Positions 41,566-53,060 of a DNA stretch of 64,000 nt are shown here, piece by piece. The notes under the pieces were generated by a model. It had not been told where the DNA came from. It made no database searches and saw only the letters and a list, made by a program, of their open reading frames with translations. The stretch comes from Phoronis australis (Eukaryota > Animalia > Phoronida), in contig NMRA01000341.1 of NCBI GenBank assembly GCA_002633005.1, positions 265,474 through 329,473 of the forward strand. The letters run 5' to 3'. A program made the translations under genes and the position numbers. Each line of letters opens with the position of its first letter. Positions within the stretch are counted from its first letter, which is position 1.

Positions 41566-41965
41566 GGCCCGGTCTCTAGTCTTTGTACTCGAAACGAACT
41601 CGAAAATATTTTTGGCGATTTCTCTGCTCCTTTTGTGCGAACTTAACATAATTAGTTATCAGACTGTGCTCGAATACATTATAGTTTATGCATAGAAGTT
41701 TCTAGTTCAAGTTTGCCCTTGAAGACCCTTATATTCGTGCTACAAACTCGAGTAAAAACTCGAATTTCGAGTTCAAACTCGAACTTATTGCTTTAATATT
41801 GGGTTTACAAACTGTGAACTAAGGACAATAAATTATCTACGTAAGTTATTGTGTACTCGAGCATAGAATAATAGACACTTATCTTGATTTCGCCCAAAAG
41901 TAGAGTAAAAAATGTCAAATCTAATTTCGAGTTCCATTTCGAGTAAAAAGATTGGAGACCGGGCC
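41566..41965. mobile_element. Quasi-palindromic MITE with 3-bp TSD (PIF/Harbinger-like)
   Basis: TIRs ggcccggtctc / gagaccgggcc extending inward (tactcgaaa/tttcgagta); TCG on both flanks. Confidence 0.8.
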
Positions 41966-41989
41966 TCGGTTAATGATTTTTGGTAAGCC

Positions 41990-42333
41990 TGTAATGGCAT
42001 TGCAATTTTGAGCGCTTTAGGTCTTGAGTAATTCTGTGTAATGGCATTTCAATTTTGAGCGCTTTAGGTCTTGAGTAATTCTGTGTAATGGCATTTCAAT
42101 TTTGAGCGCTTTAGGTCTTGAGTATTACTTTGTAATGGCATTTCAATTTTGAGCGCTTTAGGTCTTGAGTAATTCTGTGTAATGGCATTTCAATTTTGAG
42201 CGCTTTAGGTCTTGAGTAATTCTGTGTAATGGCATTTCAATTTTGAGCGCTTTAAGTCTTGAGTAATACTTTGTAATGGCATTTCAATTTTGAGCGCTTT
42301 AGGTCTTGAGTAATTCTGTGTAATGACATTTCA
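41990..42333. repeat. 47-bp minisatellite, ~7.3 copies
   Basis: tgtaatggcatttcaattttgagcgctttaggtcttgagtaattctg at 41990, 42037, 42084 and onward. Confidence 0.95.
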
Positions 42334-44077
42334 TCATCACTGCGATGAATTTCTAATATTTTTTCTGTTTTGAGACTTTTTCATAAGTGACTGTTAGGAA
42401 AAAACTGCAAACAATTGCAATACGCGCTGCCAGGTAACGATAGTTACACAATCGAGATGCCAAATGAATATGCCGGAGCTTGCACTATTAAATGCGATTT
42501 GTTATTCTTGAGTACACGTAAAATGTGTATATTAGTCACTGACGGTCAACGCTCTCTCTCAGTACGTCCAATCCGATCTAGTCAACGCCATGCAATGACT
42601 CATGTCATCACTTCAACAACGATCTACTGCCCCATGACGTGTAGAGGACCTACGAAATAGGTTTCCCATATGCGTGAAAAGCTGCTATCACCTTCAAGAT
42701 ATGAACCAATTTCGGTGCTGTGAAGACTGAGCTGTAAACAACTTTGCGGTTCATTGCTGACTGCTGTTACCCGTGCTTGGTACAGAATGCAAATTGTATA
42801 CGGTGGTATGGTAAAAATTAACACAATTTTAAAATACAGCTCGTCGTGTGACCACCAGTTCTTAGATATGTCTGTCACAATACATTACCCAATGTGAAAC
42901 GTTAGTCATTTAATGTCAAGGCGTGTCTCGTGGTGTCAAAATTACTACTCGGAGGGGCACTTGAAACGTGATTCTGACCGTTTCACTGACACCAGTTACG
43001 GAGTCATTCACAGAACTTTCAATGACAGTTAGTCTGGGTGTGTTGGGTGGGATTTTGTAAAATGAATCAAGTACCGGATATGACCTATACTTACTAAGCG
43101 ATATAGAAGGGCTTTGGGCATGGCGGAATCAATTAAACATTAGAATCACTAGAATATTACTTTTATCCTGCGATACAACAGTCATAAGCTTACTGACGTT
43201 AAGAACCCATTAAGAGAGCTAACGTGTGTAATATGACAATTTTTTATTTGGAAATAGGAGATCTTAATACATTTGTTAACAGTGTAATTCTGCTGTCAGG
43301 GACTGTATAAGATATCACAGTTATTCTAAAAAATATGATGTTTTTTCAAAACTATCTTATTTTCTTTCTGAATGCTCACAGTCTCGCACAGAATATCTGT
43401 AACGTTTCCGTTTCTGCTTAACTTTTTGTCAGTCGTTGCATGGGTATCACGAGTCTTGGACGGGTCATACGACGTCATCAAATGTTGCGAACATGAGGCA
43501 TTTCAAGTGAGTCACAAACTAGTGTGCAATTATGCCAAGGTAGGCACGTGCCACTTGGTACTAGCAAGAGAAACCTCATGTGTATTCGATGGCGTTGCAT
43601 TTCAGTTTTCGTTGCAGTCAAGACCAATGCAACTAAACTTCTGCCCACGTACAAAACTCTTTACAGGACTCGCGCACGCTATTCCTCTCTCACGGACGCA
43701 TATTCATCCCCTCGCACCCGCTGTTCGCGTTTCCGAGGGCATCTGGAACACCTCGAGGGTATTTTTTAGCCTCAGATCATCTCACACGAACGACTTAAGT
43801 CATACGGCTAGTCATTATCCGCTTTGAAAGTCACATGCCTTGCTGTATGACTGAAGTCCTCACATGCGCAGGAAACCTTTACCTTAGAGAGAAAACATAC
43901 CCGAGGTGTTACCTGCTGGTCATTTTTATCGCCGGATTACACGACAAATTAATATCATACTCAAAGAACTGGGATGCATGTTATTCTAATTCACAGTATT
44001 AAGATATTTATTGCGAATTAAATGTGAAACTATATCTCTGGTTAAAGATTCTAATAAAAAATGTAATAATCAAGTTA

Positions 44078-44306
44078 CAGTGACGGATCTAGGATATCAT
44101 GAAGCGACCCAACATTTTTCATTCTGTGATATCCGCGTCCCCTCAGCACACGCACACACATAAAAGTACACGCCCACGAACAGCTACAACCACAACATAA
44201 TAAATGACAAACATTATTTTCGTGTCATTATTACTATATATTTTTGTCGGCCTCCAAGGGGTGGGGAACCCTGAACCCTTGCGTCACCCCCCTGTATTCG
44301 TCACTT
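44078..44306 (+). mobile_element. Short degenerate relative of the ~0.95-kb hAT5-like family
   Basis: cagtgacggatctaggatatca ... cccctgtattcgtcactt; flanks agtta / tgtta. Confidence 0.65.
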
Positions 44307-44339
44307 TGTTACCTCTTAAATAGCACATTTCAGTGCAAC

Positions 44340-45510
44340 AGATGGACAAGTGTTATCCCGATGTAACATCAAAATGTTTCATGAAACCAATTTTGGTCTC
44401 AAGACTTCTCAAACAAGGCTTCCACCCAGCCAACGTTCCACGCGTATCGTGGCCACCGTCAATCCAATTATATAAAGTGTACATTTATCGCCATCTATGT
44501 CAATGAAGACAATAATCAACCTCTCCTGCTCATCTACGTTGGAACTATCACGTGGACGACACCTTTGTACATGTACATATAAAATAATGGTTTGTCGATG
44601 CTTTCAAAAATCATATTAGCAACATTGATTACAGCATCAAATTTACTATAGAAAACCCAAAAGATGTCCACCTACCTTCTTGGACACCTGTATCAACATG
44701 AATACGATGAAAGGGTCAAGATAGCTATTTACAGGAAACCCACTAATACTTATCAAGATTTGAACTTCTATTCGAATCATCATCTTACAAAATAAATGAT
44801 ATGTACATGTAGTTAGGCAACATTTGCGAAGTCGGCTGAGAATGTAGCCTCTGAAGAATTACGCGACAAACAACAGGGATTAAGATACACTAAAGGAGCC
44901 CTTAAGGACACTAACCGCATGAACTTATGTTTCACAACTCATGACCACCCTAAGAGGGATGTTGACAAAACAGAATAAGTGTCCTCTCCCATACGTGAGA
45001 GGTCTTTCAAAGAAACTTACCAAGGTTTACATCACTCATGGAGTGGGTACCTACCGCAAGCCTATCGACACTCTGAAAAGTTTATTAGCCCACCCAAAGA
45101 AGAAAACACCTGACCCTAAAAATTTGGTATGCTCTACCAAATCAATTGCCCGTCTCCTTACATCAGTGAGACTTCTCGCAGTCTAGGCACTAGACTTAAA
45201 GGACATATGTGCAAAAATCTTGATACTCTTACAACAGTGGGAGACCATTGTTTTTGAACTCTGCCCAATATTACCGCATACGATGTGACTGTCACTGCTG
45301 GGGAGGATAAACATTGTAGCGGAAAAAAACGATAAGCGGCGGAGTTTAAGTAGGGAGACACGCATGTAAGACATAACCACTATTTACAACACACTAAGTT
45401 CTCGTGATGGTCAATTAGTGTCTCACCTGGCTACCACATGACGGGAGAGGACGGGGAAATTTGCAATCCTACACTGAGAACGACCCGAGAGGGCCTCTCA
45501 AGTTATGTCA
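44340..45510 (+). mobile_element. Decayed Penelope-like retroelement (RT C-terminal part plus GIY-YIG endonuclease)
   Basis: Frameshifted motifs HVDDTF, IKFTIE..LP(F)LD, IYRKPTNT...L.F.SNH, LPYVRGLS...KP..TL.SLL.HPK, YISETSRSLGTRLKGH. Confidence 0.85.
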
Positions 45511-46355
45511 ACCAAGATGAATAGACTCCGAAAAGGTAACAATTGATCACTAAGTAAAAATAGTCTCTTGACACTACTTTCAAGAGTTGCATTTGCTTGT
45601 GAGTTTATGATCAATCAAAAGTTTGTTTTATAATTCCCTTTCGACAACGACCACATTTAGTGGGCTACGCAATGCCTTATTTGCAATCTGAACTAAGAAA
45701 TATTTTTATCTGCTGAAACCCGCTTTTTAAATTAAAATTAGAGTGTATGGTCCAAACACTGCAATCGTTATAGAAAGACCCACAGCCGGGGAAAAAACGT
45801 AAAAACAAAAGTATTGCTGTACCGCATGTTTAGAACTTGTGCGAGCAGTTTTCTTTCAAAAATTGTGCTTGATTGCCACATCATAAATCCACCTGAGATC
45901 TTGGTGTTGCAGAAGTCTATAGGCCTTCCAAAGTAACGACACATGTACAAGTAAATGGAGGGTGTTAGTGATCCAATGTGTGTTAATCAGTATACTGGCA
46001 AATCTTTTTCATCAGAAGATAATATTTTCCTAATCTCAAGAACACTGAATCTTTTGCGCTCAGCATCACATTAATTGTTACCGATAGGAGCCGCCCCAAT
46101 ACGGTATAGCATTTAGAATTCTCAAAAGTTAACACCTACGCATATGCTCATTTACCAAAAAAACCTCAAAACGAGAGCGTTCCTGACATAACACAGTTAG
46201 TACAGTACGCCTGATTTCTTATCTAGAAAGTTATATAATAATTGTTGCTTTGCATTTGGCGAAGTAGATAAAAGTGCCTACTGCTTCAATCTTTTTATTA
46301 ACGAGGAATTGCGGGGACAGCCCAGCACGCGTGTTACCACTAGTGTGGTGACTAC

Positions 46356-47287
46356 CATAGGCGGATTTAGAGGGGGGGGGCAGGGGGCCAGGGCCTCCCC
46401 TTGGCTGCCGCAAAAAAAAGTAAAACAGCAAGAGCGTCGGGAAATGTTGAGTGTATTAATTAACCCCGGTAAAAAAAANGGGGAGGGGCTCAGATCAAAT
46501 TTCAAGTGTCAAATTCGGAACAAATATGGCTAAGTATAGGCTCTCCCGCGATATCTCAGGCGACCGGCAGTGGCGCTGGGCACTACGACTCCGTTTCCGT
46601 CGTCTGCTCCACTGTGCAATGAAGAAAATTACTTCATTTTTTAAGGAAAATGGAACGTGATTGATGATGAAAAAACAGAAGCTGCTGGTGAGATGTCAGT
46701 TTTAATCGAAACCTTAGTGAATAACTCAGATACTCATAATTCTCTCTTTGTCAAACCTTAACTTAAGACGATTTCCAACGCAATCGCGTCATTATTGCCA
46801 ACACAAAAAACGGATTTGGTCTTTTGGGCAATTGAAGACTATTTCAAATACAACAAATATGTTACGAACTGATATCACAAAATATAAAATAATAAGCATT
46901 ACAAAAAGAAGTAGGTTTCGCGAGCAAACGCTATGGACTATAAACAAGTAGGTCACTTAGTATCACGTTAGGAGTTAATTCGTGGTGGTGAAGTGGTAAA
47001 GAGCGCTCTATCCGCCAGGTCATGAGTTCGAGTCTGTGATACTCGCAGTTTTTCCTTGTTTTTAGTGTCTTTTTTTCTTGAATAATACTTCGGGGAATCA
47101 AGGAAAATGCTTGATTTTTAGAGAAAAAAAAAACAGACAAATTTCCTGGGCGGGAGGGGGGTTTGCCCTCCTCCCGACCTCTCCCTATTCGGTGGCCGGG
47201 TATGCGCATCTACAATCGTGCTTTCGGCAAATGTTTACAGACGAAATGTTGGGCCACCCCTTCAGTGATATACTAGATCCGCCACTG
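46356..47287 (-). mobile_element. ~0.95-kb family copy 4, both ends intact, exact 5-bp TSD
   Basis: ACTAC-cataggcggatttag ... ctagatccgccactg-ACTAC. Confidence 0.92.
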
Positions 47288-47782
47288 ACTACACACATTT
47301 TCCAACATTATGAACTGTAGGCCTGTCAAAGGATAATAAATCTGGCTTGTCATTGGTTGAAATAACAATAGAACAATACTATTAGTCACTACTTTCGCTG
47401 AACATGAAAAGAAGTCCAGCTAAGACCAGTGGTCTTTAGTGCTTCGACTGGTGATGCGGTGACGTATTTTTGACGATAGATTCGGTTTTGTACTGACAAG
47501 AGCAGACGTGATTCCAGTATCGAGCGCCCCACAATGCTGAAGATGGCCAAGCACGAAATCTGCCACGATAACAAGCTGCTAGAATTAGTTATACCGGGTA
47601 ATATTATATATATCGCCGGTACCTGGTAGAGTAGTGCACTACTTCAGTATTTTGCTGAGCCACATCGTACTTATAGTGTATCGCCGCCTGGTGATGAACA
47701 GGCAAAGTACTAGGGTCAAGAACACATAATCAAACTCACAAGGGCATACAATGTGTTCAGTTCTAAACGAGAGTCAATAGAT

Positions 47783-47886
47783 TATATAACAGGTCTTACT
47801 TTGCTGCTTCTTTTACGTTACCAGTACTGGCCATATTTAGTGGTGATTCAGATTGCCCTGATGACGGCGAGACTGGCGCTCAGCTG
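47783..47886 (+). promoter_or_regulatory. Possible TATA box and non-coding first exon of the NXPE-like gene
   Basis: TATATAA at 47783, donor ctg|gtaaga at 47886/7, and a strong acceptor ttttgcag at 48437 just upstream of the ATG. Confidence 0.3.
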
Positions 47887-48452
47887 GTAAGATTCGTTAC
47901 GTTTGGGGACATGTGTACCATTTTGTGAGAGTATTGCCAACTGTTGAAGTCTTCAGTCAACCTCTGAACTGAGGCTAAAAGTTCGGTTTGACTTTGGATC
48001 CAGGATTTACATATTTATTCTGTAACTGATAGACCTGTACACACAACTCACATTCAGGAGGGACGGATTGTCGATGATGGGGGCGTATGATATATGTCTA
48101 CGTGAAGGCGAATAAGATTGATTGTTCCAGGCTTAGATAATACGAGTTTCTGTACCCTTTCATTGACAAGATGTAGCCCTGCAGTCACACCGGACACCCT
48201 GAGGGCCCAATTCGGTCATGGCGGAGTTTCTTACACCCAGGAATCTCACCCAAGGAAACTAGTTTGATCACGTGCTTCGTTGGTATCGTGTTCTTGTGTT
48301 TTCGTGAGATTCTCGACTAAGGAAGACACGTTTGATTGTGATACCTGTGTTGTCTACAATAGATGGCGCTTCTGTACGTAATTGTGTTGCTCATTCACAG
48401 TCCACCATATAAGCGATTTTCTTTTATTATTTTGCAGACTTTCGGCTGAAGA

Positions 48453-48563
48453 ATGAACCGGAAACTGCTGTTTATAACGATAAGTGCAATTTGCTTCGCT
48501 TCCATTGTTCTGATTTACTCGTTTTATCGTGGGCACGTGCACTGGTCACCAGCAGTGATAAAG
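48453..48563 (+). CDS. NXPE/PC-esterase-like gene, coding exon 1 (cytoplasmic tail and signal anchor)
   Basis: MNRKLLFITISAICFASIVLIYSFYRGHVHWSPAVIK; acceptor at 48437; phase-0 donor aag|gttggt. Confidence 0.75.
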
Positions 48564-49026
48564 GTTGGTGCCGAGTTTGACACTGGTGTTGCCGATTGCT
48601 TATCGTGCAATCTCATTGTACTTGGCGCAATATTATCTGCCATTACTATAGTATTTTGTGTAGTTAATTTTTATTGTTAGGGATAGCAATAATTTAACTG
48701 AGGTTGTTTCAGTGAGACCTTACCGTTCAAATAAGAGATACAAGGAGTTCGCGGTAGAATTTTAATGTGCATTAGTCAGCGCATTGCAATTTTGTTAAGG
48801 GCGTTTTTTCTATTTGACTCACAATCTCATTCTGAAACTGATGAGTATTTGCGTAATGAAAATTGACGAAGACTAAAAAGTGGAATCTTGCCCTTTTGGA
48901 GGTGCCTTTTTGTTAAGTTGGCATTTTCTGTCTGACGTACGCTCCCCCTATGATGTTATAAATGCATTAAGGTTAAGCATCTTCTGTCTGACGTACGCTC
49001 CCCCTATGATGTTATAAATGCATTAA

Positions 49027-49669
49027 GGTTAAGCAGGGCCTCAGAAAAAATGTCCGAACTTCGGAACGTTAAATCCCAGAAACAACTGAACGAATTCATA
49101 TTAGTATGAACCTTTTAGATTTCCTACTTTATGCACTGACTGTTCTGCAAAACGCCCTTAGGAATTGTTTTTAAATTCACCCACTTTTGAGTGAGCAGTT
49201 ACAAGACTGTTATGATTTTGATGAAATTAAAACAATTAGGTTATAAGGACTGACTAAACACATAGAGTAAAGCAATTATATAATAGGGAATGACGTAATC
49301 ACACATAATTGTTGGTATTTTTTAGTTCAAACAGCAATAAACTTTCTTCTCAATAATAAATACACCTATATTCTTCACACGCATTTTTATCCAATATCTG
49401 AACTTCCGATTGGCCTTGATTCTGACTGCTGTACTGCCTTGGCTACTGAAATTAGCCTGGGACTCAGTGACAAGCAAGTGTAGGGTCCTGGTCTGACGCT
49501 GTGACAATGTGTCAGCTCTTCTCAAATCCGCAAATCATTTCCAACCTGAAAAAGTAACAAGACGAGGCCAATAGTGTAACAACAAATGGCCCGAATAAAA
49601 AGTTGGTTTTCGACATAAGGCGTGATTTAGTGTTACCTTTTAAATTAGTTAACGTGGTTTTCCAACCCC
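49027..49669. mobile_element. Probable TTAA/Kolobok-like MITE in the NXPE-like intron, with a 56-bp duplication (48926-49035) at its left edge
   Basis: ttaa-ggttaagcagggcc..aacttcggaacgt resembles the starts of the 19770 and 26596 elements; the right end ccaacccc-ttaa is uncertain. Confidence 0.4.
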
Positions 49670-49778
49670 TTAAAGGGCCATAATGACTGTTGAAAAATTA
49701 GGACTGTGGTAAAGTCGAATGTATTGCTCCTAAATTTTATTCTACAAACTGTACATATTCCACGATACGCTGTTTCAG

Positions 49779-51134
49779 AATGTTGGGAGAACAACTCCGC
49801 TTTCGGCGAACCTCGACACTCATCTGGATGACAGCCATTTTGAACTGGACCAGTGGCAACATTTTATGAATTTGAATCGTCAGTTTCCCAACCCAAAAAT
49901 TGCAAATGTCACGGCCATCGTTTCTTCGGTGTTTGATGTTATGAACAAAGTATATTCAAATTTCCAAAGCATTCTACAGCAGCGAAGAAATAAAGTACTG
50001 ACATCTTATACGTACGACATTACGTTTAGGAAACGTAACGCTTCAAGACTGGTTGTTCGTATTCAAGAGTATTTGCAACGAGCCCCCTCTAACGGTGGCA
50101 GTGGATTCTTTATTCGCATGTCAGGAGATAGTCTCGTTGTCTGCACGACTCAAGACCATTTCGACGGAAACTATACCGCATTTTGTCCTAAGACAGCAGG
50201 TTGCTCTACAGTTCAAATTATCCTTCAAATGACTAATTATGAGGTTTACAGGCAACGTAAAATAGAGGATGTAAAAATTCCATTGATGTTAACTCTAAAA
50301 ACTTTTTCGTGGTGCTCAAGTGACAGTGTACAGCCGACAACGGACCTGGATAAATCTTCTGCCTGTTCACAGGCCACGATTGGTCAGTTTAATAAGGGCA
50401 TCTGGTGGAAACGTGGAAGTGAATACGTGTGGGGAACACGTGATCGTTGCACCATGAAGCACATGAACAAACCGGAAATTGTTAAATGTTTTCAAAAGAT
50501 CCGATCGTTGACGTTTATGGGTGATTCTCACATGCGTAACACAGGGGATTATTTCTTGGAACTTCTTGGTTACGACATGAGGCAAATTCCTTATCACAGG
50601 CACTACGATTATAACATATCGAAAGTAGGAGTTTTATTTCGTCCTTACATTCCTGATATGGCCAATGCTATACGCAGTCTTCTAGGGGACAAAAATCGTA
50701 TCCGCACGTCGTCCGATATTTTAGTGATTATGCCTGGTTCTTGGCAGTTTTGGCTGCAAGGGCCAGTTTCTTATTTCAACAATTCTGCGTATGATTTAAT
50801 TAACGCAATACACGCCTTGAGAGGAAGCTATGTATGGAAAAACACAAAGATTATTTGGGTGCATCAGATAGGATTTTCACCTCTACTCACGCATGCTGGT
50901 TACAGAGACAATTTTGTAAAAGCGGCTGCGAATTCTTGGATTGAACCCCAACTGAAAAGACTTGGAATTGAACCAATTGATGCGCTTTACATATCATACC
51001 CGCGCCTCGATACCACAAATGTATGCGGTGGGCATTATCTCTGCCGGACGCCTCCTGATTTTGCTAAAAGTATTGGGGCAACTGGCACCGTGCTCGCACA
51101 GCTGACTTTTAAGTACATATGCGAGGACTCCTGA
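49779..51134 (+). CDS. NXPE/PC-esterase (SGNH-type acyltransferase/esterase) family protein, coding exon 2; spliced product 488 aa
   Basis: Acceptor tgtttcag|aat in phase 0, open to the stop; motifs GGSGFFIRMSG and DHFDGNY (NXPE-type N-terminal region), FMGDSHMRN (GDS nucleophile), GSW, C-terminal D....CGGH. Confidence 0.85.
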   Translation, partial: NVGRTTPLSANLDTHLDDSHFELDQWQHFMNLNRQFPNPKIANVTAIVSSVFDVMNKVYSNFQSILQQRRNKVLTSYTYDITFRKRNASRLVVRIQEYLQRAPSNGGSGFFIRMSGDSLVVCTTQDHFDGNYTAFCPKTAGCSTVQIILQMTNYEVYRQRKIEDVKIPLMLTLKTFSWCSSDSVQPTTDLDKSSACSQATIGQFNKGIWWKRGSEYVWGTRDRCTMKHMNKPEIVKCFQKIRSLTFMGDSHMRNTGDYFLELLGYDMRQIPYHRHYDYNISKVGVLFRPYIPDMANAIRSLLGDKNRIRTSSDILVIMPGSWQFWLQGPVSYFNNSAYDLINAIHALRGSYVWKNTKIIWVHQIGFSPLLTHAGYRDNFVKAAANSWIEPQLKRLGIEPIDALYISYPRLDTTNVCGGHYLCRTPPDFAKSIGATGTVLAQLTFKYICEDS

Positions 51135-51354
51135 AATCAACGGGCGTGCTTAACATTTATTTGTCTCCGCTCAGTGTAACCCCACTCCTCGGAGTTGAAG
51201 GTATGAAGTCAAATATTTTATACATACTACATCAATGGTAACAGACGTGACTTAAAGTAAGTCACCTCTTGACGGTTATTGAAATCAAGATTCATCGAAG
51301 GCTTCGTGGTAGATTAGGGACAGTTTGGATGCAAACGTATTTGATTTTTACCCC

Positions 51355-51360
51355 AATAAA
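51355..51360 (+). promoter_or_regulatory. Candidate polyadenylation signal of the NXPE-like gene
   Basis: AATAAA ~220 nt after the stop codon. Confidence 0.5.
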
Positions 51361-52129
51361 ATAATTCTATCGCCGATACGTTACCCCAGACTTTCTCCAA
51401 CAGTGCATGAGCAGCCACCCGCTGACGTCACTTCCACTGTTTCCGATAACAGAAACTAGAAATTTAATCTGATTACTGGGGTCACCGTTCTCTTGTCGAA
51501 ATACCCTATGACAAATCAAGGAATGTGGGTTAACAACCAAAGAAAAACAAAATTTGTCTTCTGGTATACGTGATTGTTTTGTGAATAACAACGAAAGTGA
51601 CGCGAGAATACTTTCCTTTCACAGCTCAACTTACCACTACGGCGACTGACGTGCTAATTGCCTTGTTGAATGCATTTGTGAGACTTTGAAAACAAAACAT
51701 TTTTGAAAAATTGATGCGCCCTTTATGCGTCCACGCATTTATATGTGGGTGCATTATGCCGTCATCCCTGCCCGTCCGTCCGTCCGGCGTCCACTGCTGA
51801 AACTTCAAAACACCTTGATGTATTTTCACGAAAGTTTGCAGAAATGTTCTTTTCATAAATGAGGTTTTCCTTTATTTTGTCTGAATCTGGACGTACACCG
51901 ATATTGCACTGAAGACTCGCTATGCATACCCCTAATCCTGACGCATAAACTCACGTTTTTTATACAATGACAGCAGCACTTTTAAAACAGTCCCGTGGAT
52001 ACCACTTTTAATTAAACAATGAAACGATACTTAAGCTGAACACTGCCAAAGGCTTTTTTGAAGATCACAAATATTTAAGACCACAAATTTTACATAACAT
52101 CTACCTTTTCTTTTACTCAAATATTTTTG

Positions 52130-52740
52130 AATGAGAGCCTGACTATTTGATTGACAGTACTATAACCCTTCCTGTAGCCGGCTTGCTCTTCAAGTAACGC
52201 GGAATTGTATGCCCAAGATACATTTTTTTTTATTCAAAACATTTTAGTAAACCTTGCTTAAGACATTCAATAAGGAAATACCTTTTTTATTATTGGCATC
52301 GCAGGGATTTCCTTTTTATGCAATGCCTTGCATCATCTTTCAGGCATATCTTTATGACTAAATACTTTATTAAAAAATGTGACAATAAATGGAATTATTA
52401 GTGGTTTGTTTAATGCAATGAGCTCTCCTGGGATGACGTCCATAGCTGATGCTTTGTTGGTTTTTGTGAGATCGAGAGCATTATCAACTTCCTCGGTCGT
52501 TATGGTGCCGTTCAACTCATGGGGCAGGTTCCCAGTACAATCTTATTCTTCGCCAATTTAGTGGCTAAAAATTCGGCATTGCCACCAAAAGTTTGTATTA
52601 ATAATTCTTCAAAATACTCTTTTCCACTGAACAGTAGTTATATTTGTATTAATAATTGTGGCGATTTCAGTCAGTCGACAAGCGACAACCACCCTGTCAA
52701 GGAAAACTTCATTTCTTGTAACAAAACTCTAATGAAATCA
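52130..52740 (-). mobile_element. Decayed non-LTR (LINE) ORF2 fragment, tether and start of RT
   Basis: LNGTITTEEV..AL...K.NKA.AMD.IPGEL...FFNKVF....P..; KGNP.D.NN.KGISLLNVLSKVY; contains stops and frameshifts. Confidence 0.8.
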
Positions 52741-52887
52741 ATGAAATGTTCAAATATGTGCTTAACCTTGACAAAATCTGTTTAAGTCATAATTTCCAGA
52801 GAGTTGAAGCAGCACATGTTAATCGCAACGCCCAATTTACTGTGAGTTCTCAAAAATCGAGGCACATGTACGACCGCCACGTTTCGT

Positions 52888-53060
52888 CACTCCTAAATCA
52901 AAGTATGCCCGCCGCCGCCCCTCTCATAAATCAAGCTACGCCCGCCCCGGGCCCGCTCACAAGTCAAGGTAAGCCCGCCGCAACGCCACTTATAAATCGA
53001 GGTACGCCCTCCGCGGACCCACTCATTAGTCAAGGTACGCCCGCAGCGGTCCTACTGAGT
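52888..53060. repeat. Degenerate 33-bp minisatellite, ~5 copies
   Basis: aatcaaggtacgcccgcc..g.ccc.ctcat. unit; 11-aa periodicity in ORF 52746-53114. Confidence 0.8.

Noticed and set aside
41109-41579. Cys/His-rich repetitive ORFs resembling metallothionein
   Set aside because: Open frames on both strands arise from a 36-bp unit without stops; there is no gene context.
41190-42333. CRISPR-like arrays (36-bp and 47-bp units)
   Set aside because: Units are head-to-tail with no unique spacers, there are no cas genes, and the context is eukaryotic; these are minisatellites.
43372-43827. 151-aa ORF
   Set aside because: No recognisable motif or splice context; consistent with chance.
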